Assembly (NCBI RefSeq): GCF_009914755.1
Contig: NC_060928.1
Source: the human T2T-CHM13v2.0 reference genome, Homo sapiens
Reading direction: 5' to 3' (one strand)
Length of the DNA: 64,000 nt
Part shown: piece by piece, positions 1 to 15,610 of the stretch
How the letters are laid out: every line of letters begins with the position of its first letter
Numbering within the stretch: position 1 is the stretch's first letter
Program-made: the position numbers and the translations under genes
The notes under the pieces: generated by a model
Told to the model about the DNA's origin: nothing
The model's input: the letters and a program-made list of their open reading frames with translations, nothing else
The model's database searches: none

Positions 1-2620
1 TTTCATACCAGGGATGCAGGGATGGTTTAACATACCCAAGTCAATAAATGTGACACACCACATAAACAGAATTAAAACAAAAATCACATGATCATCTCAA
101 TAGATGCAGAAAAAGCATTCCACAAAGTCCAGCATCTCTTTATAATTAAAACTCAGCAAAATTAACATACCAGTGACATACCTCAATATAATAAAAGCCG
201 TCTATGAGAAACTCATATCCAACATAATACTGAATGGGAAAAAGTTGAAAGCATTCCCTCTGAGAACTGGAACAAGATAAGGATGCCCACTCTCACCACT
301 TCTGTTCAACAGGACTGGAAGTCCTAGCCAGAGCAATCAGACAAGAGAAAGAAATAAAGGTCATCCACATCGGTAAAGAGGAAGTTAAACTGTTGCTATT
401 TGCTGATGATATGACTGTATACCTAGAAAACCCTAAAGACTCCTCCAAAAAGCTCCTAGAACTGATAAAAGAATTCAGCAAAGTTTCCAGATACAAAATT
501 AATGTACACAAATTAGCTCTCCTATCACCAAGAGCAACTAAGCTGAGAATCCAATCAAGAACTCAACCCTTTTACAATAGCTGCAAAAAATAAAATAAAA
601 TAAAATACTTAGGAATATTCCTAACCATGGAGATGTAGTTTTACAAGGAAAACTACAAAACACTGCTAAAGAAAATCATAGATGACACAAATGAAAACAC
701 ATCCAATGCTCACCGATGGGTAGAATCAATATTGTGAAAATGACCATACTGCCAAAAGCAATCTACAAATTCGATGTAGGTCCCATTAAAATACCACCAT
801 CATTCTTCACAGAACTAGAAAAAACAATTCTAAAATTCATATGGAACCAAGAAAGAGCCTGCATAGCCAAGGCAAGACTAAACAAAACAAATCTGGAGGC
901 ATCACATTACCTGATTTCAAAGTATACTATAAGGCCACAGTCATCAAAACAACATGGTAGTGGTACAAAAATAGGCACACAGACCAATTGAACAGAATAG
1001 AGAACCGAGTAATAACCCCAAATACTTACAGCCAACTGATCTTTGACAAAGCAAACAAAAACAAAATGGGGAAAGGGCACCATATTCAACAAATGGTGCT
1101 GTGATTATTGGCATGGAAGAATAAAACTGTTGCCTCATTTCCAACTTAATACAAAAAAAAAATCAACTTGAGATGGATCAAGGACTTAAATCTAAGACCT
1201 GAAACTAAAAATTCTAGAAGATAATATCAGAAAAAGCCCCTTCTAGATGTTGGCTTAGGCAAGGATTTCATGATCAAGAACCCAAAGCAAATGCAATAAA
1301 AACAAAGGTAAATAGCTGGGACTTAATTAAACTAAAGAGCTTTTGCATGGCAAAAGGAACAGTCGGCAGAGTAAACAGACAACCCACAGAGTGGAAGAAA
1401 ATCTTCACAATCTATACATCTGACAGAGGACTAATATCCAGAATCTACAATAAACTCAAACAAACTAGCAAGAAAAAAACTAATAATCCCATCAGAAAAT
1501 AGGCTAAGCACATGAATAGACAGTAATGAAGATATACAAATGGCCAACTTATGAAAAAATGCTCAGCATCACTAATGATCAGGGAAATGCACATCAAAAC
1601 CACAATGCCATAACACCTTACCCATGCAAGAATGTCCATAATCAAATAAAAAAATAATAGATGTTGGCATGGATGCAGTGAATAGGGAATACTTCTACAC
1701 TGCTGGTGGGAATGTAAACTAATACAACCACTATGGAAAACAGTGTGGAGATTCCTTGAAGAACTAAAAGTAGATTTACCATTTGATCCAGCAATCCCAC
1801 TACTGGGTATCTGCCCAGTAGAAAAGAAGTCATTATACAAAAAATATACTTGCACACATGTTTATAGCAGCACAATTCACAATTGGAAAAATGTGGAACC
1901 AACCCAATGCCCATCAGTTAACGAGTGAATAAAGAAACTATGGGGCCAGGCATGGTGGCTCACGCCTGTAATCCCAACACTATGGGAGGACGAGGCAGGC
2001 AGATCACCAAGTCAGGAGATCAAGACCATCCTGGCTAACATGGTGAAACCTCGTCTCTACTAAAAATACAAAAAATTAGCCAGGCATGGTGGCGGGCGCC
2101 TGTAGTCCCAGCTACGCTGGAGGCTTAGGCAGGAGGATGGCGTGAACCCGGGAGGTGGAGCTTGCAGTGAGCCGAGATGGCACCACTGCACTCCAGCCTG
2201 GGTAACAGTGCAAGACGTGTCTCAAAAAAAAAAAAAAAAAGAAAAGAAACTATGATGTGTATATATATATATGATGGAATGCTACTCAGCCATAAAAAGG
2301 AATGAATTAATGGCATTCGCAGCAACCTGGATGAGATTGGAGACTATTATTCTGACTCAGGGGTGGAAACCCAAACATCATATGTTCTTACTTATAAGTA
2401 GGAGCTAAGCTATCAGGATGCAAAGACATAAGAATGACACAACAGACTTTGGGGACTTAGGGGTAAAGGGTGGGAAGGGGGTGAGGGATAAAAGACTACA
2501 AATATGGTGCAGTGTATACTGCTCGGGTGATGGGTCCACCAAAATCTCACAAATCACCACTAAAGAACTTACTTATGTAACCAAACACCACCTGTTCCCC
2601 AGTAACCTATGGAAATAATT
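1..2620 (+). mobile_element. L1 (L1PB-like) ORF2 RT region to 3' end, decayed; interrupted by an AluY
   Basis: ORF2 fragments (LFADDM..., [17 protein letters not shown]..., DLPFDPAIPLLGI) with frameshifts; L1PB-type 3' end 'actaaagaacttacttatgtaaccaaacaccacctgttcccc'. Confidence 0.92.
1944..2242 (+). mobile_element. AluY inserted in L1
   Basis: Full Alu dimer with A-tail; TSD AAAGAAACTATG at 1931-1942 and 2243-2254. Confidence 0.93.
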
Positions 2621-2624
2621 TTTT

Positions 2625-2720
2625 TTAATCACAAAAGAATTTCATAATGTTTTAAGAAAGCTACGAATTTGTGTTGGGCCACGTTCAAAATCATCCTGGG
2701 CTGCAGGTTGGACACGCTTG
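2625..2720. mobile_element. MER30 (hAT-Charlie) fragment
   Basis: 'cataatgttttaagaaag..acgaatttgtgttgggccac..ttcaaa..catcctggg..ggttggaca.gcttg' resembles the recalled MER30 half. Confidence 0.7.
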
Positions 2721-4900
2721 GTTTAGAGTTTTGGCAAACCATAATTGTATTAACTAATTTACAGACATGATCCTGGCATCTGAATTTGGAACTCTCAGAT
2801 AAATTCCTGTTACATGTAGTAGTAAGGCTCGTGGAAACCTTGATTAATCTAGTATCTTCAGTATCAACTAACAGAATTACATAACCAAACCATTCATGGA
2901 CACAAAAATATGTCCACAGGAAGATACATCCCAGCTTCTTAGAAACATCTGAATTTAGGAGCCAGAACTACTTAAATGCTATAATATTTAATAAATTTAA
3001 AGATTTTGAGGCTTTTCTGTGAATTTTGTTCATAGATCCCCCTTTCCCTCATCTAACCTCCCACTTCTCGCCCATCCCCGAAAAGAAGAGTTCAAATACC
3101 CATCACCACGCAGGTTCTTTGAATGATGAGAACTGTGGCATGGTACCCTTTTAGGAAAAGGTGGATGGGGGTGTGTGTAGCAGAAAACAACTTGAAATTA
3201 TATAGGATTGTAACTTTATAGTTACATATTACAACTTTAGGATTACAATTCAATACCTTTACATATCTTTCCTACAATTGAGAGTATACTGCTGCTAAGC
3301 AGCCAAGGAGCCTTGATTCTCACACTTTAATGAGCAGAACTATAAAGTGTGTTAATTGCATGAGTTCTATGTCAGAGCTGTTATTTTCTAACTTAACCAG
3401 TGTTACAGTAGACATGACTGCTTTTGAGCAGCAGTTCAAGTTTGTTTCATCAAATTATAATCCCAAGAAATCTTCTACAAAGAAAGAGTTGCATAGGTAG
3501 ATTAGTTATGCAAATAGTAATTATTTTTTTCTTTGCCTTTGAGATTCACAGCACACATTAATACTAAAGAAACCTCTTTAATTTTATTTGAATCCACTGA
3601 TTGCCAAACTGTTTGACCATGGATCCTTTCTGCAGGTGGCATCTGTTATTACACTGGACGTACTTTGGAAAAATGCTGTTCTAGAATAAGTTTTTAAAAT
3701 AATTAAACACCAGGTTCAAATGTATTACATTCCTGTAGATCCTTAGCCAGCTGTGTGAATCACAGCTCTCTCCTTGTGTTGTTCTTAAACTTTGAAGATC
3801 ATACCTCACCCTGAATTCCGTCTTGGAGTTCAACCCTTCAAAAGTTTGCACTGACTCACAAGGTTTCATGCTGCTTAGTCATCTCAGCACTTTGCAGTGT
3901 ATTCCTGTGCTGATGCTCTTAGGTAAAGTCACACCTTTCTTTGAAAGAGTGCCCTAGTCTAGGACTGCTGACCAACTAGCTGAATCTTCCAATTATAGAC
4001 ATCAAAAATGTAAAGAGAAATATAGGTTGCCTTTATACCAGGAATATAAAAACTCCCTGCTATCAAAGCCAGCACTTTTCTTTAACCTTTAAGAGTAGAG
4101 AATTCTTTATCAGTTACCAGGCTAAAAACTTGTTTAAACAAATGTATTTAGTCATTTGCTCATTCATCCAACAAACATTTATTTAAATCCCGTACTGAAA
4201 AGGCTTTGATGATACAATCTTGAAAAAGAAAATTTTTGTTAAGTGGCTCACCAACTCAATGGCTATACCAACCGGCAATCTTATAAAATTACCTCAAATC
4301 AAAGCCTATCTGAAAATATTCCGTTGTGATCAACATGATACAGTTTTCAACAGTCTTAACCTGGGTTGATTTCACTAATCAAGGGCAAATTGACTAAATG
4401 CTAAATAGATGAAATTGTTAGCATGGATAATTTGCCTTGGTTTTATATATACCAAAATTTAGCTTTCTATAAGAATAGAACTATGAAATAAAACATGTTT
4501 CAGACTGCATAAAGCATCTCCAGAATTTTTAAGAACAAAGACCCACTAATCAGCCAAACTGCCTAGGTTTTAGCCTTGGCTTTACCACTTATTTATTGTC
4601 TGAACTTGGGCAAATGACTTCATCTGAGCTTCAGTTCCTTCATCTATATGAACAGGAGATGATATCTAGCTAATGAGATTTTCTGCAGGATAAAAATTTG
4701 CTAATATCTATAAGCTACTCAGTACAATGTCCAGCTTATAGTTATTGCTCCATAAAGGGTTGCCATCAATATTATTCTGTCACATGTGACGAATACGATG
4801 TTTTATCTATTTTTTAATCCCATATTCTATAAGGCAAAATGATTTCATAGAATAGCTATTCAATAAACATTTGTTGAAGTAGTTGGTGAGAGGGCAGGAA

Positions 4901-5090
4901 TTTTTTTTTTTAATTATACTTTAAGTTCTAGGGTACATGTGCACAACGTGCAGATTTGTTACATAGGTATACATGTGCCGTGTTGGTGTGCTGCACCCAT
5001 TAACTCATCATTTACATTAGGTATTTCTCCTAATGCTATCCCTCCCCGCTCCCCCCATCCCACGACAGGCCCCAGTGTGTGATGTTCCCC
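4901..5090 (-). mobile_element. 5'-truncated L1PA 3' end (~190 bp)
   Basis: 'ttatactttaagttctagggtacatgtgcacaacgtgcag' L1PA 3' terminus; TSD AGAGGGCAG(G/A)AATTTT at 4889-4904 and 5091-5106. Confidence 0.92.
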
Positions 5091-6266
5091 AGAGGGCAGA
5101 AATTTTAAAAAGGACTCAGGTATCTGTTCCGGAAAAGTGAGATGAAAGTATACCTGGCCAAAGAGAGGACACTGTTCATTTCTGATGTACACATTTCCTT
5201 AGTTCATTCCCTACTCTTCCTTCTACTACACTGGTCTTTTAAGTGTGATTAGAAACATAGAGGACAAAATGACAGTTCAAACATCTTCCCTAAATGATTG
5301 CATATGTATCTGTTCATCTCTTATGGTCTTCTTTACTCAAGCTCTTTTGTGATTTTTATAAAATTTTTTACTAAGAATTCTGTGTCTGTTTCAAATAAAC
5401 TGTTGCTGAGTAAACAGTAAATTGGGGAGGTTAGAAAAAGCTTTCTAAAACAGATTGATGGGGAAAAATGTATTAGATGCCAGAACACAGCTACCATAAA
5501 AACTTAGTTCTTGGACTCTATTTAGCAAGTTTGATCACTAAACAAGTTTGGGCTCAAAGCAAAGATACTTTCTAAAAATAGTTTTCTCAAAAAATTTTTA
5601 TGAAATGGAAGCATAAAGCAAACCCTTTAAAAATATTTTAGCAAATTTGGAAAATATTTCCAACTACAATTAATTTTGAAGCTGACTCAGGCTTTTTAAA
5701 ATGTCCAGACCTTCAAATTATTAAAAATATTGAAAATAGAGAAAATTATTTTTAAAATATTATTGAGACCTCCTACTAAATCAGATTTAGTTCAAGAGTT
5801 CTAAGACAACGGAACCCTTGGTGGAATGAAGACCAAAAAGGGTACTAGAAATAAAGGTGAACATTTTTTTTTTCATCTAACTTTTGCCAGATGGTCTTAT
5901 ATGTTTTCTGTGTAATAACTTTGTAATAACAAAAACCTATGAGATATATACTTACATCATTCCAGTGACATGGAGATAGTACTGAGGTAAGAGAGGTTCA
6001 GTAATTTGCTCAGTCAGTGGGATTTATTGAATCCAGAGCTTGATGTCTCCTCTGTCATGGAGAGAAGACAGAGCTCTAAGCACCATGAGAAATGAGGGCA
6101 GATGGAGAATTTTAAGTTCTGCTCAGTCTTTTTGCATGTAATTCAGTTTTCATATTTGTAAGATTAAATCAAGGGGTAAAAAGTACTTAAAATTTTTTCA
6201 TAAAAGCTTTACCTGGAACATCTGCAGAACAACTACCTGGCACTATCATGAAAATTTAAAAGCAAC

Positions 6267-6546
6267 TTTTTTTTTTTTAAGAGGCAGGTTCTCACTCTGT
6301 CACCCAGGCTGGAGTGCAGTGGTGTGATCATAGTTCACTGCAGCCTTGAGCTCCCTGGCTCAAGCAGTCTCCCACCTCAGCACCCTGAGTAGCTGGGACT
6401 GCAGATGTGTGCCACCATGACTGGCTAATTTTTTTATTTTTTGTAGAGATGGGGTCTCGCTATGTTGCCAGGCTGGTCTCAAGCGATCCTCCTGTTTTGG
6501 CCTGTCAGAGCACTGGGATTAACGTCCTGAGCCACCGTGCCCAGCT
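6267..6546 (-). mobile_element. AluJ
   Basis: Diverged antisense Alu with poly-T head. Confidence 0.85.
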
Positions 6547-6902
6547 GAGAACTTTTTTAAATTCCAAGTTTTATTCTTGTTTGTCAATCCTAAGGTAGGT
6601 CAACATTTAAGGCAGTGACATTTTTACTTCTTTGGCTTTGGTAGCTTCTAAGCCTTCTGTTTTTTAATATGAACTGCAGTGGTCTTTTCTACTTAGGCAA
6701 TTTAAGTTGTCATCTTTTGATGAATGTATTTAAAGCTAAAAGCTTTTTCCTTTTCTTCTGTGGAGAAAAAAACTATGATTAAATCAAATGATTCATACAG
6801 GACACTGTCGCAAAACCACTCAACAATGAGTTGACTGATTTTAATGCATGTTCCTTATGTTTAAAATTAAAGTCTATAATTCTCTGATATTATTTATTGT
6901 AG

Positions 6903-7029
6903 GATGTAATTAAAACCATTGTGCAGAGTGGTGGCATCAAGCATCTAGTTACCATGGCAACTAGTGAACATGTAATAATGCAGAATGAAGCTCTTGTTGC
7001 TTTGGCATTAATAGCAGCTTTAGAATTGG
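6903..7029 (+). CDS. RAP1GDS1: RAP1GDS1 (SmgGDS) antepenultimate coding exon, ARM-repeat region
   Basis: ttgtag|GAT...TTG G|gtaagt; 127 nt; DVIKTIVQSGGIKHLVTMATSEHVIMQNEALVALALIAALEL(G) matches the SmgGDS C-terminus. Confidence 0.96.
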
Positions 7030-7586
7030 GTAAGTACCCCAGTGACAAACTTATTTTCTTCTATTTTTATCTTGGATGAAAGGAAGTATAGAAGTGGAGT
7101 TGAAGTCAGACAGAACCTTGACTGGAAGCATTTTGCTAGTGTCTGTACCGTTCTCTGAATCTATGGAAAATCATTCTATATAGATTGTTACAGCTGTCCC
7201 CTTTGGCTGTGTTTTTGGTAACATTTTTAGGGCAATGCATTAAGGTAAGTTTAACTTTTAAATAATGTCTCAAGTTACAGCCACTTAGAGAATAGAGAAA
7301 ACGTTTTCAGCAGGCTTCACAGAGAAACCAAACAATATTTAGAATATGACAGCATATGAAGAGTCTGCTACTCTCCCAGTGACCCATACTTTCTCTTCCA
7401 TCTCTGCTGGTTCTCTCTACTACCGATTCTTTCTTGCTGTTCTCCTTCTCCATCACCGTGACTTCTATTGCCTTACTCTAATGTCTTGTCTTCTGTGTTA
7501 CCCTTCTGTGTGTTTTGCATTCAGAACTCCCCCAAAGCAGAGGCTAAATAGGCTAAATAATTTCATTAGTTTCAGTTTAACATAGC

Positions 7587-7888
7587 TTTTTTTTTTTTTT
7601 TTTTGAAACAGTCTTGCTTTGTCACCCAGGAGGCTAGAGTGCAGTGGCGCAATCTCAGCTCACTGCAACGTCCGCGTCCTGGGTTCAAGCAATTCTCGTG
7701 CCTCAGCCTCCTGAGTAGCTGGGATTACAGGTGCATGCCACTGTGCCTGACTAATTTTTGTATGTTTTGTAGAGACAGGGTTTCACCATGTTGGTCAGGC
7801 TGGTCTTGAACTCCTGACCTCAAGTGATCCACCCACCTCAGCCCTCCCAAAGCGCTGGGATTACAGGCGTGATCCACCATGCCCGGCC
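7587..7888 (-). mobile_element. AluS
   Basis: Full antisense Alu; TSD TAA(C/T)ATAGC. Confidence 0.9.
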
Positions 7889-8299
7889 CTAATATAGCAT
7901 TTCTGTTGGGCAGAATTCATCACGAGAAGCTAATCCGTAGACATCTAGTTTATGAATAGCATAAGCTGGATGGCTTTGGAGCCAACCCAAGACAGTCAGC
8001 CAGGGATGGTGTAATAGAGTCACGTGGCCTGTGGTTAAGGCCTAAGGCTGCTTAACACAAAGGAGGACTTTACACTTAGTAGGGATGTCCTATCCAATTC
8101 AAAGCCATTTGGGTAAATACTGTTAACTGATAGCCTCTTAATTCCCACTGACAACTTAGATCCATAATTCTCACACTGGGGCGAATGGACCCTCCAACCC
8201 CAGTTCCAGGAAGAGGAAACACTCATGTGAGTATTTTTTTATGTGCATAGTGTGTAATGATCAAGTCAAGGTGTATAGGATATCTGTCTCCTTGAATGG

Positions 8300-8621
8300 T
8301 CTGTTGGTGACTGGAAGCCTTACCAATAACAGTCAGTGAACATATATTTTGTATATGAATTATATACTATATTCTTATAATAAAGCCAGAGAAAAGAAAA
8401 TGTTAAGAAAATTGTAGGGAAGAGAAAATATATTTACTATTTATTAAGTAGAAGTGGATTATCAAGAAGGTCTTGAATCCTTGTCTTCACACTGAGTAGG
8501 CTGAGGAAGGGGAAGAACAGAAGGGGCTTAGGCTTGCTCTCTCAGGGATGGCAGAAGAGAAGAAAATCCAGGTATAATTGGACCCACACAGTTCAAACTT
8601 ACGTTGTTCAAGGGTCAACTG
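8300..8621 (-). mobile_element. Tigger2a/MER28 DNA transposon (partial)
   Basis: Ends in TIR 'gttgttcaagggtcaactg' followed by TA; internal sequence matches the recalled Tigger2a. Confidence 0.8.
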
Positions 8622-8624
8622 TAT

Positions 8625-9465
<841 letters not shown>

Positions 9466-9906
9466 GAGTCCTTATCTTTTATTTGTGGAGGGAATTATGT
9501 GATTTATAGGATTTGCTCCAAAATAATTTGAGATGGATGACAGCAGGTGAATGAGAGAGATCGGCCATAATTCTTTAAGGTGATAAGTGCATAAGGTATA
9601 TTATTATACCATCTTTTCTGATTTTGCATATGTTTAACATTTTCCATAATAAAAAGTTTAATTGTCTCATATTAAAAGAAATGTGTTAGTATTAAATAGT
9701 AAGCTTAAACACCTGAAGTGTCTACTAAAATCTAATTCTATTTACTCTTTTCACATGGTCTGAATTTAATATTATTTTTCTAGGTCATTATTATTTATCA
9801 GTTCCATTTAGAAGGTTTCGTATGGTCAATTTCTTCAAAATGAAGCAGTGTTTATCCTGAGGATACTGGGTTCGTACGCAGTAGATATACTTTGTTTTAT
9901 TTGTAG

Positions 9907-10035
9907 GCACTGCTGAGAAAGATCTAGAAAGTGCTAAACTTGTACAGATTTTACATAGACTGCTAGCAGATGAGAGAAGTGCTCCTGAAATCAAATATAA
10001 TTCCATGGTCCTGATATGTGCTCTTATGGGATCTG
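9907..10035 (+). CDS. RAP1GDS1: RAP1GDS1 penultimate coding exon
   Basis: ttgtag|GC ACT...TCT G|gtaagt; 129 nt, phase 1-1; (G)TAEKDLESAKLVQILHRLLADERSAPEIKYNSMVLICALMGS(E). Confidence 0.96.
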
Positions 10036-10478
10036 GTAAGTATTCTTCTATCATTTGATGTCCATAAACATATGGTTCACATTAAATATTAAATATAGAG
10101 TAATAGTAAATGATGGTTTTGGGTTTTAAAGCCGTTAGAAATTAGTTTATGGAGGTTATAAGATAACTTTTTTCCCCTATTACTGTAAACACTCATTTCT
10201 TCATGGTGATGACATTGAAAATCTTCTCTTCTAGCTGTCTTGAAATATACACTACATTGGTATTTTCTAGCCATCCAACTGTATAATAGATAGAATTACT
10301 TTTCACTGAAGACATTCCCAAAAGATTCTCACTACAATAGAAAGTATCATATAGCAAATCTAGACAACATTCAGTATTGCAAAATCAGTAAGTCTCATGA
10401 ACCCTAAAATGTTATTTTATAGCAGGCACAGGTTCTGATTTTGTATGCCATAATATTAACTAAGGAATTTGTTTAGGA

Positions 10479-10773
10479 GGCCAGGCACGGTGGCTCATGC
10501 CTGTACTCCCAGCACTTTGGGAGGCTGAGGTGGTGGATCACTTGAGGCCAGGAGTTCGAGACCAGCCTGGCGAACATGGTGAAACCCTGTCTCTACTAAA
10601 AACACAAAAATTAGCCGGGAGTGGTGGCACACGCCTGTAGTCCCAGCTACTCAGAAGGCTGAGGCAAGACAATCGCTTGAACCTGGAAGGCAGAGGTTGT
10701 AGCTGAGAGATTGTGCCACTGTACTTCCAGACTAGGCAACAGAACAAGACTCTGTCTCAAAAAAAAAAAAAAA
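10479..10773 (+). mobile_element. AluS
   Basis: Full Alu with A-tail. Confidence 0.9.
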
Positions 10774-11503
10774 ATTTTTTTTTTCAACAAATCATTGGTA
10801 TATCTTCTATGGACATTGGCATATCTTGGTATATGTTCTATGGACACCTGAAAAGAGTGTGTATTATGCAGTTATTGGGTACTGTTGTATAAATGTGAAT
10901 TTGATTCTGTTGGTACTAGTGTCAAGTTTCCTTTATTCTTGCTGGTTTTGCAGTTAATTGTTCTGTCAATTGTCGAGAGGAAGGGTGTTGAAGTCTCCCA
11001 CTGTAGATTTACCTATTTCTCCTTTCAGTTCTGTCAATTTTTGCTTAACATAATTTTCAGCTCTGTTGTTAGGTACCTACACCTTTAGGATTGCTGTGCT
11101 TTCTTAAGGGATTGACCCTTTTATCATTATATAGTGTACCTCTCTCTGGTATTTTTCTTTGCTCTCGTCAACTTTATCTGACTTTAACATAGCTACTTCT
11201 GCTTGTTTTTTTATTATTACTATTTTATTTTCTTTCATGTGCCACTACAAGAAGCCATCCTACTTTCTTTTGAATAACATTCACATGATCTTTTCTCACT
11301 CTTTTAGTTTCAATCTGCTGTATTTGAAGTGAGTTTCCTGTATACAGCACAAAGTTGTCATTTTCTAATCTACTCTACCAGTCCCTTTTGTGTATTTAGA
11401 CCATTTACATTTAATGGATGACTGATATGGCTTAAGTGTGCAATCTTATTTTTGTTTTCTGTTTGTCACATTTCTTCTTTATTTCTGACTTCCTATGGGT
11501 TAA

Positions 11504-11919
<416 letters not shown>

Positions 11920-13692
11920 TAGACAGTGTTACAACTTTTCTTTCAACCACCAAACATATTTCAGAAAACTCTTTGAAAGAGAAGGGAAGTCTATCGTATT
12001 TACGCACATTTTTAGATTTCTTATTTTTGTTATAATCATTCCCTTTCTGTTTAGAGAACTTCCTTTAGCCATACTGCTAGCAACAGATTTTTAGCCAAAA
12101 AAAATTTTTTTCATTCATAATGAAAGGGAAATGACATTGTCAAATGACAGAAAATGGGTATAGGATTCTGGGTTCACAGTTCTTTTCTTTCTTTACTTGA
12201 AAACTATTGTGCCACTTTTTTCTAGCCTCCCTGGTTTCTGATGAGAAATCCATTGTGTTCTTATGTGTTTTATTCCCCTGTAGGTAAGGTTTCATTTTTG
12301 TCTCTCAAGACTTTCTTTGCGTTTAGTATTCAGAAGTTTAACTATGATGTGTCTTGGCATGGATTTCTTTGGGTTTATCCTGTTTGAGTTTGCTCAGCTT
12401 CTTGAATTGATAGGTTTATGTCTTTTGCTAAATTTGAGAAGTTTTGACTGTTACTTCTTCAGGTACTTTTCAGCCCCATTCTATCCACTCTTTCCAGACC
12501 TTTGTTGACACTAATGTGAGATCTTTAATTATAGTCTTGTAGGTCCCTGAGGTTTTGTTCTTTTTTACCCACAGATTATTTTCTTTCTGTTGTACAGACT
12601 GAGTAATTTCTATTGTTTTATCTTGGAAGTTCTCTGATTATTTCCCTTGTCCCCTCTATTCTGATGTTGAACCTGTTTTTATTTCAGTTATATATTTTAG
12701 TTAAAAATTTCCATTTGCTTCTTCTTTATATCTTTTATTTCCTTGCAGAGACTTTGAGTCTCTTCCATTTGTTTAAGCATTTTTAGAATTGTGGTAAAAC
12801 ATACAAAACATAAAATTTACTGTTTTAACCATTTTTAAGTATACAGTTTAATGGCATTAAGGACATTCACATTGCTGTGCAATCATCACCAGCATCCATC
12901 TCCAGAACCACCTTCATTTTCCCAAACTGAAACTCTGTACTCATTAACCAATAACTCCCCATTTACCCCTCCCCACAGCCTCTGGCAATCACCATTTATT
13001 TTGTGTCTCCATCATCTGACAACTCTAGTCACCACATATATGTGGAATAAGAAACTCCTGTCCTTTTTTGTCTAGCTTATTTTACTTAGGTCTTTAAGGC
13101 TTATCTGCATTGTAGGCGTGTCAGAATTTCATTTCCTTTTAAAGCTGAATAATTTTCCATCATATGTATATATCACATTTTGTTTATCCATTCATCAATC
13201 CATGGACATTTGGGCCATTTCCACCTTTTGGCTTTTGTGAATAATGCTGCTGTGAACATTGGTATGCAAATATCTCTGAGCCTCTGCTTTTAATTATTTT
13301 TGATATATACTCAGAAGTGGAATTACTAGATCATATGGTCATTCAATGTTTAATTTTTTTATTAAATACTGTTTTTACTAATTAAATACTGTCATACTCT
13401 TTTTCACAGTGGCTGGACCATTGTACATTTCTTCCAGCAGTACACATGGATTATCATTTCTCAACATCCTCACCAATATTTGCTGTGTTTTAGTAATGGC
13501 CAAACTAATGAGTGTGAGGTGGCATCTTACTGTGGTTTTTATTTGCGTTTCCCTAATGATTACTGATGGGAATCTTTTTATGTGTTTGTGGGCCATTTGT
13601 ATATCTTCTTTGGAGAAATGTCTATTCAAGTCTTTGCCCATTTTTAGAATTGAAGGGTGTTGTTGTTGTTGTTGTTGAATTGTAAGAGTTTT

Positions 13693-13966
<274 letters not shown>

Positions 13967-14574
13967 TAGGATTTTGTACCAGTACCCCACTATCTTGATT
14001 ATTGTAGCTTTGTAGTAAGTTTTGATATCAGTTAGTATGAGAACTCCAGCTTTGTTCATTTTCAAGATTGTTTTGGAGATTTAGGGTCCCTTGAGATTCC
14101 ATATGAATTTTAGGATGGATTTTTCTATTACTACTAAAAACACTGGTTCATTGGTTTATGTCAGTCATATCAAAATAAACACATCAGTTTCAGTAGTACT
14201 GATTACATTAAGCTTATTAGACTTCACTCATCCCATATAACAGTTCTCAGAGTCCTAACAGGAATCCTATATTTTCTTGTAATTGAAGTTAAATAGAGAA
14301 AGCAAGTCAGAAAGAAGAGGACAAAAAATCTAAAAGGGAGTCCAGTGTCACAGAAATTTGTTGAAGGATATGAAGTATAAACTTTTCTTTTGCCACAAAA
14401 TTAATTTGAAACATATCCTAAGCTTTTTGGTAAGTCATTGGACTTCATATTTGAACTGGTGATAGGGTTGTATGTAACCAAACCTTGAGATCATACAGTG
14501 AGCTGTGTTTAATTATAACTCATTATTGTAATTAATCTTACATTGTAGAACTTGACGTCTCGTTTTTCTTTTTA

Positions 14575-14737
<163 letters not shown>

Positions 14738-14956
14738 ATTTTTTCCTTTAATTTAAAAAAAAGTAAAGTTTTTATGATTTTTTTAAATTATAATACATTT
14801 CTAAGAAAGACATTGCTAGGCTACTGCTATGTCTTTTTCCAGAATTGTTTCTAGTTTTATAAGCTTAGTCTTGTCAAAATAAACATTTTGGTATATGTTT
14901 TGGATAGACTTAGAACAACCTAACAGAATCATATCTGTTATTTTTTTGTCTTCCAG

Positions 14957-15084
14957 AATGTCTACACAAGGAAGTACAGGATTTGGCTTTTCTAGATGTC
15001 GTATCCAAACTTCGCAGTCATGAGAACAAAAGTGTTGCCCAGCAGGCCTCTCTCACAGAGCAGAGACTTACTGTGGAAAGCTGA
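14957..15084 (+). CDS. RAP1GDS1: RAP1GDS1 terminal coding exon
   Basis: ttccag|AA TGT...; (E)CLHKEVQDLAFLDVVSKLRSHENKSVAQQASLTEQRLTVES*; TGA at 15082-15084. Confidence 0.96.
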
Positions 15085-15604
15085 GAACTGCCCGATACAC
15101 GGCATCATCCCATCTCTAATTTCCCCTCTGTCCTCCATCCAGCGGCTTCTTCCGCTTCATTCTCTACCATACCACTTGTGCATGCATGTGATGTTCTAAT
15201 ACCAATTGAAGAACCACTGTAGGTACCTCCCTAATAAGATTTCTAAACCTATAGTTAGTGTGATCATGACTTTGTCAAAGGCAAGTCTCCACCCATAACC
15301 GTTCTCTTGTATTCCTGTTGCTTGAGCTACATTAAGTAGAATGTGCATGTTGTAGTCCTATGATGATGTAAACTTGGTACTACATAATGACTTGCTCCAC
15401 ACATGCAGTAAACTACATAATGATGTACTGGTAAACTAGAAACAAAGAATGCAGCAGGATCTGTCTAGCTTATTAAAGATGAAACTGAATTGGAAAAATA
15501 GCTCCATTTTTTGGTGCTTGGGAAGCACAGTGACCAAAAAAGTTGTATGGCTGCTTATTCATTAGTCTTTCCTACTGATGTCAAATCCATGGTACCTAGA
15601 GTTA

Positions 15605-15610
15605 AATAAA
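15605..15610 (+). terminator. RAP1GDS1: Proximal polyadenylation signal AATAAA
   Basis: AATAAA followed ~25-50 nt later by T-rich 'ttctggtttctccttttccttttt'. Confidence 0.7.

Noticed and set aside
14996-15199. Alternative-frame 67-aa ORF overlapping the last RAP1GDS1 exon
   Set aside because: Out of frame with the spliced CDS; no initiation context in the mRNA.
15360-15489. ATGATGA ... CTGA resembling a C/D-box snoRNA
   Set aside because: Lies in an exonic 3' UTR, with no convincing terminal stem or recognisable guide.
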